Virus record (IMG/VR): IMGVR_UViG_3300032770_000022
Location: 1,142-65,141 of that record
Reading direction: 5' to 3' (one strand)
Origin: a virus
Lineage: Duplodnaviria > Caudoviricetes
DNA: 64,000 nt
Shown here in pieces: positions 9,586 to 18,721 of the stretch. The notes under the pieces were generated by a model. It searched no databases and had not been told where the DNA came from. It saw only the letters and a list, made by a program, of their open reading frames with translations. The first letter of the stretch is position 1; each line of letters starts with the position of its first letter. Position numbers and translations under genes: made by a program.

Positions 9586-10332
9586 TCACCGGGGGAACTC
9601 CCTAACTATCAGGTCATCCGGCAACGGCCGCACCTTGTCGTACTGCTTGGCGAAGAACGGCACAAATGACCGGGCGCACTGGTCACGCAGAGAGCGCATC
9701 CACGCGAGGTCCATCGGACGGCGATGCGGGCCGCTCTCACCGCCTGCAATGACCCAGTGAATCAGGACGGGCTTTCCTCGCGCCCACTCCGACTCACAGG
9801 CGGCGGGGATATCTATCGGGCCTAGCAGCGGCTCGCATGAGAGAAAACGAACCGCCGCTGGAACTGTATTGAGGATGGGGATGCGGCGGTTTGCTTCCTC
9901 CTGGTTCTCGACGGTGGTGCCGAACCATAAGTTCCCAGGCACATCGCCCTCCCACCAGACCGGCATCATGCCGGCGATATTCTGGGGACGTTTGGTCAAC
10001 AGAAGCCAGTCCAGAGACGGCGTGGCGTCGATCATCGACCAAAGGTCAACGCGCCACTGCGGATCGACCTGATTGTCGAACACGTCCGCGAGGCTGCAAC
10101 AGAACACGCGGCGGCGGACACCCTCGGCCTCGGCCCGCTTGTTCCACTTGAGCGGCTGTTGCCAGTAGGCGGCGGAAGTCCGGCGTCGAGGATGGTTGCC
10201 CCACTGGACTAGACCGCTGCGCTTGGACCATGTCTCGGCATAGCAGTTGTCGCAGGCGGGGCTAACTTTGGTACAGCCCACCCATGCGTTGAACGTGTGA
10301 TCGGTCCACTCGATCTTGCTATTCTCAACCAT
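9586..10332 (-). CDS. Phage Gp37/Gp68 family (DUF5131) radical-SAM-like protein
   Basis: 'SKIEWTDHTFN..GCTKVSPACDNCYAE', 'LLLTKRP', 'FLSCEPLLG', 'WVIAGGESG'. Confidence 0.9.
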   Translation of the reverse strand: MVENSKIEWTDHTFNAWVGCTKVSPACDNCYAETWSKRSGLVQWGNHPRRRTSAAYWQQPLKWNKRAEAEGVRRRVFCCSLADVFDNQVDPQWRVDLWSMIDATPSLDWLLLTKRPQNIAGMMPVWWEGDVPGNLWFGTTVENQEEANRRIPILNTVPAAVRFLSCEPLLGPIDIPAACESEWARGKPVLIHWVIAGGESGPHRRPMDLAWMRSLRDQCARSFVPFFAKQYDKVRPLPDDLIVREFPR

Positions 10333-10546
10333 CGCATGATCCTGACGCGTGCCTCGGCGGCTTTTCCATCGGGTTCTGCCTCAGCCACTCGACGATCGTC
10401 TCCACGATGGCGATCTGGCGGTCGGCGCGGGCCTTGCTCAGCGTGCCCCGGTCGATGAACTTCGGATAGACAGACCGACGCAGCTTCAACTCGCGCTCAA
10501 GCTCGGCGATGGCTTCCTTCGTGGTGACGGGGAACAGGTCGCTCAT
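10325..10546 (-). CDS. Hypothetical phage protein
   Basis: 'ELERELKLRRSVYPKFI..G.LS...AD.QIA', a recurrent phage motif. Confidence 0.6.
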   Translation of the reverse strand: MSDLFPVTTKEAIAELERELKLRRSVYPKFIDRGTLSKARADRQIAIVETIVEWLRQNPMEKPPRHASGSCDG

Positions 10547-10890
10547 GTCGCCCTGTCCTCTGCATGCGCGCTGCGCCGGCCGCGTCTCATCCCGCCGATG
10601 CGGCCTATCTGTTCTCCCAGCGCAAGTCCTGCTTTGGTCGCGCGCACGAGCGGGATGCGCCTGTCCTCGTGGTTGGTCGCCAATTCGAGCAGATCGCGGC
10701 TGGTCAATTCCCGGATGTAACGCCAAGCCGTCCCGTGGTCCCGCTGGATGGCATCCGCGATCTGCGCCGTGCTGACCGGCTTGTTGCATGCCTCCCGCAG
10801 CACGAGCAGGTGGATCGTGCGCAGGTCGCGCAGCCTCGGGTCGCTCTCGATCAGCGCGCCGAGCGCGTCCAGGTTGCCGTTGCGTGGCAT
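10543..10890 (-). CDS. MarR-like winged-helix regulator
   Basis: 'STAQIADAI....TAWRYIRELTSRDLL...EDRR..LVRAT.AG'. Confidence 0.7.
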   Translation of the reverse strand: MPRNGNLDALGALIESDPRLRDLRTIHLLVLREACNKPVSTAQIADAIQRDHGTAWRYIRELTSRDLLELATNHEDRRIPLVRATKAGLALGEQIGRIGGMRRGRRSAHAEDRAT

Positions 10891-10893
10891 GTG

Positions 10894-12675
10894 TCATCCT
10901 CTCCTGTAGACGCTCAGGCGCGCGTGCTTCTGGTCGAACGCGACCTTCGCCTTGGCGAACAACTCCGGCTTCTCGACCTTCAACCGCTGCATCGTCTTCA
11001 TCGCGCCCTTCACGGCTGTATCAAATATCGCCGCGCCCTGGGCGTTGAGCGGGATCGCTTCAAGGTCCCGCAACTGCGTCTCGACCCATGCCTCGTCGTC
11101 ATCGGCCTGCGACTCCTGCTTCGCGGCCTTCGCTTTGGGCTTGAGCGCGATGAGCCAGTCAGGAGCAAACAATCCGTTCTTGCGCAGGAATTGCTCTATC
11201 GCCTCCAGCAGCAACGGACGCTGACCCGCTGGCATGCCTTCGATCGTCTGACGCTGCGCTTCCCACCACGCGTCGGTAATCATGGCCGTAGCCATAACGC
11301 GCATGAACTCATGACGGTATGCGGGCCAGTCCAATTTGTCGCCTTTCATCGGCACAGACACAGCGAGAATTATAGGGTCGTCTGCTGGCATCTTCTCGCC
11401 ATCGCCGTCGTCGCCGGGCAGCGGCGGTTCCTCGTCCAGCACGGCGAGAATACGCGCGGCCTCCGGAAACGCTCGCGCCGCGCCGATCGCATCCTCGTTG
11501 TTCTCTGTGATCGTCGCCATCCAGTCGGTATTGTCATTCACCCCGTTCCACAACGCGACCAGATCGCGCGCAAACGCCACCGGATTGCGGTACGGCTCAT
11601 TCATGACATCGCCATACTGATCGATCAGCACCGCCTCGAATTCGGGCGTGGACTCTGGTGGCGGCGGTTCCGGCTGACGCTGCGCCGTAGGCGGTTCCTC
11701 GCGCCGCCTGTCCGTGTGCGCCGCACCGGGATCGCGCCCCTGCCGGACCGGCTCGCGCGGATCGGGCTGCTCGTCCTCCGGCACGTCTGGTATGCCGTCC
11801 ATCGGCGTCGCGGTGCCGTCGATCACCGTGCCGAAATCAAGCCGGTGTCCGCCTTCCTGCGCGTCCTCGATGCCGATGCCGGCGCGAAGCTCCGGGCACT
11901 TCGGCAGCAGCTTCGCGAGACGGCGCAGCACCGTCTTGCGTCCCATCTCCGGCGCATCGCGCACCCACGCGGCTTCGAGCCATGTGTTCGGGAGGCGTTC
12001 GCTTTTGTCCTCCGCGCGTTCCTTCGCCGCGAGCGCGGTGCGGTAGCTCTGGCTGCGGTTGCGGATGCCGAGGATTTCGGTCCACGACATGATCTCGAAT
12101 TCCTCGCCCTCGTTGAGGAACTGCGCGATCGCGTAGCAGCCGCGCGGCGTCAGGCTGCTCGTGTCGAGGTCGATGTTCGGCTTGTGGCGGATGAACCGCT
12201 CCGATCCCTTCTCGTAGTCGAATACCTCGCCGGGGAACACGACGCCGGTCGCGATGTCCTTGATGAACCCGGAACGGAAGGCGAGCTCGACGTAGCCTGG
12301 ATAGCCGATGATCAGGTTCAGGTCGTACCCCGCATCGACCCACTCACCCTTGACCTTCTTGCGGCGGGCGAACGGTATCAGATGGCTTTGCTGCAACACG
12401 GTGCCGGGCACCAGCCCGAGATAGGTCAGCGACATGAACGCGCCGAGGGACTGGCGCAGGTCGCACTTGTAGATCAGCGGCGTCTTGCTCGCCGCCTGGA
12501 TGAACGCGCGCAGCATCGTCTCCGCGTTCAGGTGCTTCGGGATCGCGGCGTTCATAATATCTTTCAGTTCCTTCGTGTCGAACGCCTCGGCCAGACTGGT
12601 GCAGTCCTTCAGCTTCTTGAACCCGGCCTTCGTCGGCATCGTCGCCACGTTGTCGGCCTTTGCTGTCTCGCTCAT
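10894..12675 (-). CDS. recT: RecT-family single-strand annealing recombinase with long C-terminal extension
   Basis: 'AIPKHL..E.MLR', 'LGLVP', 'HLIPF', 'IIGYPGYVELAFRSG', 'EMGRKTVLRRLAKLLP'. Confidence 0.85.
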   Translation of the reverse strand: MSETAKADNVATMPTKAGFKKLKDCTSLAEAFDTKELKDIMNAAIPKHLNAETMLRAFIQAASKTPLIYKCDLRQSLGAFMSLTYLGLVPGTVLQQSHLIPFARRKKVKGEWVDAGYDLNLIIGYPGYVELAFRSGFIKDIATGVVFPGEVFDYEKGSERFIRHKPNIDLDTSSLTPRGCYAIAQFLNEGEEFEIMSWTEILGIRNRSQSYRTALAAKERAEDKSERLPNTWLEAAWVRDAPEMGRKTVLRRLAKLLPKCPELRAGIGIEDAQEGGHRLDFGTVIDGTATPMDGIPDVPEDEQPDPREPVRQGRDPGAAHTDRRREEPPTAQRQPEPPPPESTPEFEAVLIDQYGDVMNEPYRNPVAFARDLVALWNGVNDNTDWMATITENNEDAIGAARAFPEAARILAVLDEEPPLPGDDGDGEKMPADDPIILAVSVPMKGDKLDWPAYRHEFMRVMATAMITDAWWEAQRQTIEGMPAGQRPLLLEAIEQFLRKNGLFAPDWLIALKPKAKAAKQESQADDDEAWVETQLRDLEAIPLNAQGAAIFDTAVKGAMKTMQRLKVEKPELFAKAKVAFDQKHARLSVYRRG

Positions 12676-12842
12676 TGTGAGTTCCTTTGGATTTCATTGA
12701 TGATGGCGCGCTCAATCCAGGCTGACCTGGGTAGGCGACCGCGTAGTTTATCGATCTCCATCTTCAAGCTCGGGAGAAGGAAGATGATCTGTTGCTTCCG
12801 TTTTTCCTTTTCCGGCTTCGGATCGTCGAATGACAATTTCAT
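12672..12842 (-). CDS. Small ribbon-helix-helix-like protein
   Basis: 'IIFLLPSLKMEIDKLRGRLPRSAWIERAI'. Confidence 0.5.
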   Translation of the reverse strand: MKLSFDDPKPEKEKRKQQIIFLLPSLKMEIDKLRGRLPRSAWIERAIINEIQRNSQ

Positions 12843-13651
12843 CGCTTCATGCCCGGCAAGGTCTGCTCGGCGACCCACTCGATGCCCTGTATGGGAAGCG
12901 GCTTGCCGGTCTCGTCTCGCATCTTCCGTGCCTCGCTTATCTTGTCGGGATCAACCATCAGATAGGCGCGCGGCACTTTCTTGATGTCCACCACGCGCCA
13001 TTTCCACGTCTGCCGGATGGATGCGACCGCGCCCATGATGCCGCGCACCCGACTGGTCTCTGCCGGGCGCGCCGCTGCCTCCCGCTCGGCCCGCGCGGCG
13101 ATCTCGGCCTGCGCCTGGGCCAGCCGCTCGCGGTCCATCGCCTCGTCGGAGAACAGCCCGGCGGCTTCCTCCGCTTCCTTGGCGGCCTTCGCTGCGGCTT
13201 CCGCAGCTTCACGCTGCGCCTTGGCGATGTCCGCGAGCCGCTTTTCCTCGATCGCCCGTTTGCGCTGCATGAAATCGAACAGCACGGCCTGCACCGGGGT
13301 CAGCGCGGCGACAAGCACGGCATCGAACGCCTGATACCAGCCGTCCACCGCCGTGCCCATCTCGCGGATCGGCCGCTTGTGCTCGTCGTGCTTGCGCTTG
13401 GCGATGGAGGTCGTCTTGCCGGACAGCGACCGGGCCGTCTCGATATCGTCGGTGAACTTCTGCGCCGTTTCCTCGTCGCCGTCCTCGATGCGCGGATGCA
13501 GCGCCAGCGCATTCCTGAGCGACGGGATGATGATGTTGTCGCGCTGCTCGACGATCGGCTCGTTCTCGTAGTCGAGCCATTCCTTGACCTGTTCCCTGGT
13601 CAGCGGCGCGGGCGGCTCCGGCGCGTTGCTGCGTGCCATGTCATCCATCAC
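12839..13651 (-). CDS. Coiled-coil phage protein commonly linked to recombinases
   Basis: Long helix; C-terminal 'WKWRVVDIKKVPRAYL.VD...I...IQGIE'. Confidence 0.6.
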   Translation of the reverse strand: MMDDMARSNAPEPPAPLTREQVKEWLDYENEPIVEQRDNIIIPSLRNALALHPRIEDGDEETAQKFTDDIETARSLSGKTTSIAKRKHDEHKRPIREMGTAVDGWYQAFDAVLVAALTPVQAVLFDFMQRKRAIEEKRLADIAKAQREAAEAAAKAAKEAEEAAGLFSDEAMDRERLAQAQAEIAARAEREAAARPAETSRVRGIMGAVASIRQTWKWRVVDIKKVPRAYLMVDPDKISEARKMRDETGKPLPIQGIEWVAEQTLPGMKR

Positions 13652-14103
13652 GGTTTGCCCTCCAGGTATTGGAGGAACTCGCCCCACTGGCTCAGGACCT
13701 CCGTCTGCGGTTCGGTCGCGCCCTTCGGCATCGACGTGATCGTCATGGCCGCGCCGCTCTGCCTGCCGCGAAACCAGTCCAGCGCCTCGTCCACGGTCAG
13801 CCATTCGATCTCGGCCTGTAGTTCCTCGATCGTCATCGTCGGCGGGAGCGTGTCGTCCACCGTGTCCGCACCGGTCAGGATGCCGTTGGACATCATCGGC
13901 TGACCGTCTCGGCGGCGTCGGATGCGGAATGCCATCTCGGCCTTGTGCAGCAGCCCCTTGTCATCCACGAATAGCACGTCGCCGTTCTCGAAGGTCGCGC
14001 CGATGCACAGCCCGCCGGGCAGGTATTTGGTCATCCCTGTATAGTCCAGATATTCGATCTCGGTGATCTGCCGAGCCTTTGCGTCGATCAGATATGCTTT
14101 CAT
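13648..14103 (-). CDS. Hypothetical protein (DUF3846-like)
   Basis: 'AYLID..ARQITEI...VLFVDDKGL...SNGILTG'. Confidence 0.55.
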   Translation of the reverse strand: MKAYLIDAKARQITEIEYLDYTGMTKYLPGGLCIGATFENGDVLFVDDKGLLHKAEMAFRIRRRRDGQPMMSNGILTGADTVDDTLPPTMTIEELQAEIEWLTVDEALDWFRGRQSGAAMTITSMPKGATEPQTEVLSQWGEFLQYLEGKP

Positions 14104-14462
14104 GTTGTCCTCTGTGGTGCGAAGTGTGGGATCAGTCGCCGATGCGAGATCGGCTTGGTCGGACTGAGGCATGGGTGATCCGGTTCATGCTGCCGCGCCC
14201 ATGCCTTGACCGCGAGCAGCCAGTCGTACGTCGCCTCGTCGATGATGGTGCCCGTCCAGATGTCGGACACTCGCGGCGCGTGTGCGGGATCGTCATGCGG
14301 CGCGAACTGCTCGCCGTCCAGCACGGCCCACCAACCGATCTGATCGTGGTGGCAGATCATGGCCGGCACCTGCCAACCGCCGCGCACGAGGCGCAGCTTG
14401 AACCAGCCGGGCGACGGCGGCCAAATCAAGCGCCGCTGCGAGGGGGCATGCCGGTCGGTCAT
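14100..14462 (-). CDS. Hypothetical protein
   Basis: 'PGWFKLRLVRGGWQVPA.I' recurrent phage motif. Confidence 0.55.
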   Translation of the reverse strand: MTDRHAPSQRRLIWPPSPGWFKLRLVRGGWQVPAMICHHDQIGWWAVLDGEQFAPHDDPAHAPRVSDIWTGTIIDEATYDWLLAVKAWARQHEPDHPCLSPTKPISHRRLIPHFAPQRTT

Positions 14463-14812
14463 ACCATGCGCCTCTCGATGAACAGTTCGTCTCTCAGATT
14501 GGGATTGGCATAGCTGTGATCGGTGAGGTACTTCTGCTTCCTCCACAGGTGCGAATAATTGGCGTCCATCAGGCTAGGCGGACAGGCAACGATGCCGAAT
14601 AGAAAGTCGTCGCTATCCCGATCCAAGACGCGAGACTCCCACCAAGGAATACGGCGTCCTCTACCCGGATGCTCCCAGGGGCCGGTCATCGCGGCGGCTC
14701 CGGCAAAGGCATCCAGTGCGTCAGGTGCCAATCGACCGTCACAAGGCCACCATAGTCGCCATGTCCCAGGCGTATCCATCGCCTGCGGCCCACACAAACC
14801 GGCCGTTGGCAA
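14459..14812 (-). CDS. Hypothetical protein
   Basis: First ORF after the leftward promoter; start uncertain. Confidence 0.45.
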   Translation of the reverse strand: MPTAGLCGPQAMDTPGTWRLWWPCDGRLAPDALDAFAGAAAMTGPWEHPGRGRRIPWWESRVLDRDSDDFLFGIVACPPSLMDANYSHLWRKQKYLTDHSYANPNLRDELFIERRMV

Positions 14813-14919
14813 ATGCTGCTGATCCTACCCTCTTGCCGTCCGTGACAAGTATGGGAGCGACATCATCCTCAATCTGCGGCGCTGTCTCTATTGGCTGCCA
14901 CACAACCTATCTCCCTTCC

Positions 14920-15010
14920 TTCGCAAATCCATTGCATGACATCCCGCGATTGTCAAATCCACGTTTTTGCGCGGTTGACACGGTTGTGCATCGCGGAGCA
15001 TGATTCCGCC
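14920..15010. promoter_or_regulatory. Divergent sigma70-type promoter region
   Basis: TGTCAA (leftward -35) near 14951 and TTGACA..CATGAT (rightward) at about 14976-15005, between divergent operons. Confidence 0.55.
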
Positions 15011-15262
15011 GTGGGAACGCCCCGCATATCCGCCGCCCGCCGCCGCGTCCGCGCCGTGTTCGCGGCCTGGGGCACATGCGCCGATGTCTGCCGCGACCTG
15101 GGCCTCTCCTACTGGACATGCGCGTCTTGGGAGCGGCGCGAGAAAATCCCGCAGAGATGGTGGCCGGAAATCGTGGCAAGGGCCAGACTGCGCGGCATCG
15201 ACGACCGGCCGGCCCTGAGACACATCGTCAACGCCGTCATGAACCAAAGGACCAACACATGA
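15011..15262 (+). CDS. Cro-like HTH protein
   Basis: 'VFAAWGTCADVCRDLGLSYWTCASWERREKIPQRWWPEIV'; first rightward gene, possibly leaderless. Confidence 0.6.
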   Translation: MGTPRISAARRRVRAVFAAWGTCADVCRDLGLSYWTCASWERREKIPQRWWPEIVARARLRGIDDRPALRHIVNAVMNQRTNT

Positions 15263-15939
15263 GCGAATCGCAGCCTAAGCGCGTCGTGCGCGACCCGAAC
15301 GCGTCCCTCGACTGGATGCGGCAGATACAGACCCAGCAGCGCGCGGGGGAGCACGAGAACTCCACGCTCCGGCAAATCTACAAGCGGGCGAAGAACTCCG
15401 GCGAGAACGTGGGCGCGATGCGCAAGGTCATCCGCATGCTGCGTTCGCAATCCCCCGAGGAGATCATCACCGAACTCCGGGACCAGATCGCCTACCTCCA
15501 GATGCGCCGGGTGGACATCATCCCCACCGACCTGTTCGACGGTTCCAACATGCCGATCACCGAGAAGACGGCGAGGGCCGACGACATGTGGGACGCGGGC
15601 GAGAAGGGCTACGGCGCGGGACGGCTCGGGGCGAAGATCGAGGATTGCCCCTACGATCCGGGCACCGAGCTGCACGTCGAGTGGATCAAGAACTGGCAGG
15701 CCGGGCAGGCGGCGATCGCCCGCGAGATGGGACCGGACGCCAAGGTGGCATCCGCGAGCCGGGGGCGGCCGAGGCGCGGCGACCAGGGCCGCATTCCCGG
15801 CACGGAGACGAAGCTACAGGCCCCCCGGAAGGCTGGACGGCCCAAGGGCGCGGCGAAGAAGGGCAAGGCCCCCAGCAAGGCCGGGAAGGGCGGCAGACGG
15901 GCATTGCCGGAGCCGGAAGTCCCGTCCGTCTTCAACTGA
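15259..15939 (+). CDS. GapR/DUF2312-like N-terminus fused to an RMF-like domain and a basic tail
   Basis: 'LRQIYKRAKNSG.NVGAMRKVIRM' plus 'GYGAGRLG....CPY......WIKNWQAG'. Confidence 0.6.
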   Translation: MSESQPKRVVRDPNASLDWMRQIQTQQRAGEHENSTLRQIYKRAKNSGENVGAMRKVIRMLRSQSPEEIITELRDQIAYLQMRRVDIIPTDLFDGSNMPITEKTARADDMWDAGEKGYGAGRLGAKIEDCPYDPGTELHVEWIKNWQAGQAAIAREMGPDAKVASASRGRPRRGDQGRIPGTETKLQAPRKAGRPKGAAKKGKAPSKAGKGGRRALPEPEVPSVFN

Positions 15940-15946
15940 GGCGGCG

Positions 15947-16147
15947 ATGCGCGGCCAGTGGCTCTGTGGCGAGTGCGGCAAATGGGTGTCGGACGAGCAT
16001 GTAGATCACGTGCACCTACACTTTACGCCCAATCCGATCGAGTGGCAGATCAATCCTGCCAAGCTGCCACAGGAAGCCGGCATGCTGACGTTCACTGTTT
16101 ATCGTCGCAAGCTGGACGATCCGTGGAGACCGCCAGATGCCGCTTGA
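15947..16147 (+). CDS. Small Zn-ribbon hypothetical protein
   Basis: CGECG motif; GAGG RBS. Confidence 0.45.
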   Translation: MRGQWLCGECGKWVSDEHVDHVHLHFTPNPIEWQINPAKLPQEAGMLTFTVYRRKLDDPWRPPDAA

Positions 16148-16694
16148 CCAGTCCTTGCCGGCGCTCCGCCTGCCTGAGGGCGGGACCTTGGCCCTCGATC
16201 TCGCCTCGATTACCGGAGTCGCCTACGGGCGCGAGGGCATCGACCGCAAGCCGTGGTTCTGCGAATGGCACCTGCCACGTATCGGCGGCGAGGGTGCGCG
16301 GTATGCGTCGTTCGAAAATGAGTTGGCGACCGAGATAGACCGGCTGAAACCGAGCGCGCTCCTGCTGGAATCCACGCTGCCGCTGCCTGCCATGAACAAC
16401 TACCACGCGGCGGCGCAGCAGTTCGGTCTACGGGCCATCGCCTACAGCGAGGCGTGGCGCGCGTCGTGCTTGCTGTCGGAGGTGGACGTACACACCGTCC
16501 GGCAGGAAGTGCTCGGTGCCGGGCGGCTGATGAAGCGCGAGGAAGCGAAAAAGCTGGTCGTCGCCTGGTGCCACAAGCGCGGCATGAAGGTGCCCAGCCA
16601 CAACGCCGGAGACGCCGTGGTGCTCTGGTATTGGCGGATGATGCGCATGACCGGCGCGCAGCCTGTGGCCGGTCCTCTGTGGAGGGACGCATGA
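16137..16694 (+). CDS. RuvC-like Holliday junction resolvase
   Basis: 'LALDLASITGVA', 'LLLE', 'HNAGDAVVL'. Confidence 0.75.
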   Translation: MPLDQSLPALRLPEGGTLALDLASITGVAYGREGIDRKPWFCEWHLPRIGGEGARYASFENELATEIDRLKPSALLLESTLPLPAMNNYHAAAQQFGLRAIAYSEAWRASCLLSEVDVHTVRQEVLGAGRLMKREEAKKLVVAWCHKRGMKVPSHNAGDAVVLWYWRMMRMTGAQPVAGPLWRDA

Positions 16695-16978
16695 CGAAGG
16701 ATGATAAGATCGTCACTATGACTTTAACCATCCGCGCCAACTGCGGAGGAGAATGGGAGGATGGGACGCCATGTGGTGCGTGTGCGCATTGTATCGATAC
16801 GGCCCCACGGGGAGCCAAGATGCTTGGCGCGCTCATATCAAGTGCTAGCTATGAAGCCAAATCACGCAACATTGCCGAGGCATTTTCCAAGAAGCATCCG
16901 ACCATCATGATGTCGTATCACCAGTGGCTCGACCTGATCGAGATGATCGAGCGAGCCGACAGTGATCTTGATCTGTGA
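16691..16978 (+). CDS. Hypothetical protein
   Basis: GGAGG RBS, ATGA overlap; CGACAHC. Confidence 0.45.
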   Translation: MTKDDKIVTMTLTIRANCGGEWEDGTPCGACAHCIDTAPRGAKMLGALISSASYEAKSRNIAEAFSKKHPTIMMSYHQWLDLIEMIERADSDLDL

Positions 16979-17175
16979 CCGCCTTCGCCGCCCTGGTGTG
17001 CGCCGATTGCGGCGACGCGGAGATCGTCAGCGTCCGGCCCGGCAAGAACGGGATGCGGTTCGAGCAGATGGTCGTCACGCGGGAGGTGCCGGATGTCGCA
17101 TGGTGCCTCGCGTGCTGCGTGCGCCATGGCTGGCTGCTGCCATTTGTTCCTATGGAGGTTCCACATGCCGTTTGA
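16975..17175 (+). CDS. Small Zn-finger protein
   Basis: Two CxxC pairs. Confidence 0.45.
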   Translation: MTAFAALVCADCGDAEIVSVRPGKNGMRFEQMVVTREVPDVAWCLACCVRHGWLLPFVPMEVPHAV

Positions 17176-17503
17176 CCCGTATCCGCCGCTCCGCACAGAT
17201 GACCCCGCGACGCTGATCGAGCTCGGCATCGAGCGCATCGCGACGCCCGACAGGTGGTGCAAGCGCATGTGGCGGTCGATCGATTCGACGCAGTGGTGCG
17301 GCGTCGGAGCGGTCATGGCGGTCGGTGAGGCTGATGTCATGATACCGCACAATGCCGCCGACCTGGCGGGTTTCTGGATGGCGGAAGCGGCCATTCGACG
17401 CGGCTTCGGCGGCTTCGTCCAGTTCAACGACGCGCCCGAGACGACGCACGCCGACGTGCTGGCCTGCATGCGCGAGGCGGCCGAGATGGCGAGGGCCAAA
17501 TGA
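17165..17503 (+). CDS. Hypothetical protein (DUF6197-like)
   Basis: 'WCK....WCGVGAV...FNDAPETTHADVL'. Confidence 0.55.
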   Translation: MPFDPYPPLRTDDPATLIELGIERIATPDRWCKRMWRSIDSTQWCGVGAVMAVGEADVMIPHNAADLAGFWMAEAAIRRGFGGFVQFNDAPETTHADVLACMREAAEMARAK

Positions 17504-17679
17504 CCCGTTTGCCTTCCGCGCGGGACGGGATTATGAGTCAAAACGCCCCCAGGCGGTGAACCTGAGGGCGTTTCGTAACTTCGCGCTGGAGAGAGCGCGC
17601 CAGATGTGTCGTATGCCGGTGAGCAACGACACGGCACAAATGGCACGCTTCCCCCAGCAATGCAATAGGGGACGCATCC

Positions 17680-18024
17680 GTGCCAGAACAGGATTCACAG
17701 AACTTTGACACAACCCCCGATCCAGACTGGACGCCGCGCGAGTCGATAGCGGCTTTCCTCCGGTGGGGCCGAGATGCCTTCCCGACCTCGGACCAGGCGG
17801 CGGATGCGCTGCTCAAACGGTTGGAATACGACGGGTTCGAGATTGTCCGAAAACGCCGCAGTATCAGCGCCTTACACATCGACTTTGACGCCAAACGCCG
17901 CCAGTTTCTAGCCGTGTTCCGCGCCATTCTCGCCGCCGATCCTGGCCTCGCCGCCGAGGAACGCGCCGCCACAGTCAACGCCATGCGGCAAATGATCGAG
18001 ATCGGGGGGCGGAGCAATGGCTGA
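17680..18024 (+). CDS. Hypothetical protein
   Basis: ORF overlapping the next gene. Confidence 0.45.
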   Translation: MPEQDSQNFDTTPDPDWTPRESIAAFLRWGRDAFPTSDQAADALLKRLEYDGFEIVRKRRSISALHIDFDAKRRQFLAVFRAILAADPGLAAEERAATVNAMRQMIEIGGRSNG

Positions 18025-18721
18025 AACGTCAGCATGGATGCCGATCTATATCGGTGATTATCTGGCTGACACCATGCATCTAACCGGCGCGGAGCATGGA
18101 GCTTACTTTCTCCTGATCCTGCATTATTGGCGATCTGGCCCTCTGCCGGATGATGACCGCGCCCTCGCCGCCATAGCCCGATTTGAACGCCAGGAATGGG
18201 AGACAATCGGGCCAGTGGTGCGGCGGTTCTTCAAAGCCTCAGACGGGCTTTTGCATCACAAGCGCATAGATTTTGAACTTGCAAAATCTGTCCGTGTGCA
18301 ATCCACCCGCAGGGCTGCTGCAAATGCAAGATGGATGCAAAGTGGAAGCAGACGCAATGCACATGCATCCATTTTGCATGAAAGCGATGCAAATGCATCC
18401 TCCCCGCATTCCATACGCAATGACCTTAACATTAACAGTACCTCTCCTACGGAGAGGACGCGGCAAGCCGCGCCAAGCAATGGTCACGAACTTCGAGACC
18501 GACTGTGGCAGGAAGGATTACCGATCTTGCGGACCCTCACCGGGTTGCCAGAAAATCGTGCTCGCGGTGTTCTGGGCAAATTGGTCAAACAGGGTGGAGA
18601 CGATTGTTCGTTGGTCCTGGCCGCATTGCAGGAAGCGGTGGATACCAAACCCATCGATCCGGTGCCCTGGTTGATGAAACGTGTCGAGCCTGAGAAACTC
18701 GATACCTGGAACAGTTTCTGA
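18017..18721 (+). CDS. DUF1376/YdaU-family replication initiator-like protein
   Basis: 'WMPIYIGDYLADTMHLTGAEHGAYFLLILHYW..GPLPDDDR.LA.IAR'. Confidence 0.85.
   Translation: MAETSAWMPIYIGDYLADTMHLTGAEHGAYFLLILHYWRSGPLPDDDRALAAIARFERQEWETIGPVVRRFFKASDGLLHHKRIDFELAKSVRVQSTRRAAANARWMQSGSRRNAHASILHESDANASSPHSIRNDLNINSTSPTERTRQAAPSNGHELRDRLWQEGLPILRTLTGLPENRARGVLGKLVKQGGDDCSLVLAALQEAVDTKPIDPVPWLMKRVEPEKLDTWNSF

Noticed and set aside
10564-12984. 806-aa + strand ORF and other long antisense ORFs (e.g. 45229-46488, 48724-50160, 62727-63908)
   Set aside because: These are shadow frames of high-GC genes on the opposite strand, with no motifs or RBS.
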